Below, piece by piece: positions 58,697-59,024 of a stretch of 59,024 bases of DNA. This DNA is from Pseudomonadota bacterium. Lineage in GTDB: Bacteria; UBA10199; 2-02-FULL-44-16; JBDRGF01. Each line of letters starts with the position of its first letter. Position 1 is the stretch's first letter. The notes under the pieces are model-generated. The model did not search any database. It had not been told where the DNA came from and saw only the letters and a list, made by a program, of their open reading frames with translations. Where the stretch lies: positions 1-59,024 of the forward strand of contig JBDRGF010000101.1 of the NCBI GenBank assembly GCA_043818055.1, given 5' to 3'. The translations under genes and the position numbers were made by a program.

Positions 58697-58743
58697 AGAG
58701 CCGGCATCTTGTGTTTCAAGACCACAAAGCCGGCTCTTTTTTT
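58697..58743 (+). terminator. long GC-rich hairpin with T tract
   Basis: AGAGCCGGC...GCCGGCTCT followed by T tract. Confidence 0.55.
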
Positions 58744-58893
58744 ATATTTCACCCGACACGACAGGCTATCTATGATGCACACAGATATTACGAAGGGTAC
58801 TTATAAGCTTTTTTCTGCTATAGTGAAGTCTCCCCGTGCTCCCGCATGGGGCATTCTGGCGAAGACGAGTAAATTAACTTTTCAGTAGGTTGT

Positions 58894-59024
58894 GTAGAGT
58901 AGAAAGGGGCCGCTGTTGATGCGGCGCCCTTCCCCTCATCGCACCGGACGTGCAGATTTCCCGCATCCGGCGCTCCCAGCTATTTCTCCATGAGCATGCA
59001 CAAGAGAGCCTCACAAGTACACCA
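58894..59024 (-). mobile_element. 3' end (domains V-VI) of a group II intron; the rest lies beyond the window
   Basis: Minus strand GCGCCGGATGCGGGAAATCTGCACGTCCGGTGCGATGAGGGG (DV), then DVI ending CTACTCTAC. Confidence 0.88.

Overview
Chromosomal segment of a bacterium that is probably deltaproteobacterial in type (inferred from the dapF-dapA-dapB-folK-tal gene order, sigma-54 promoters, a Ser/Thr kinase and many large Cys-rich surface lipoproteins). It contains the end of an NDP-sugar modification/glycosyltransferase cluster, a phage-fibre-like secreted protein, an AbiE type IV TA pair, rho, the dap cluster, a porCDAB operon co-oriented with a hydrogenase-less NuoEF/NuoG-N (HydCBA/Bfu-like) module, an intact IS1595 element, tRNA-Ser(GGA), a GT4-P-loop kinase fusion, VKOR-DsbA, a ParB-like plus spore-photoproduct-lyase-like gene pair, tadA, an M32 peptidase and the 3' end of a group II intron. 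The most striking non-genic signal is about 15 intergenic elements built from 7- or 8-nt tandem units, usually as inverted arms. They abut or supply stop codons, and some enclose cargo (a REP hairpin, an internally deleted nfi) or flank gene fragments. Other unexplained signals are NrdR-box-like sites at both IS ends, a 198-bp MITE carrying a REP doublet, and a mirrored and duplicated tRNA 3' end. All calls come from reading motifs by eye; no searches were run.
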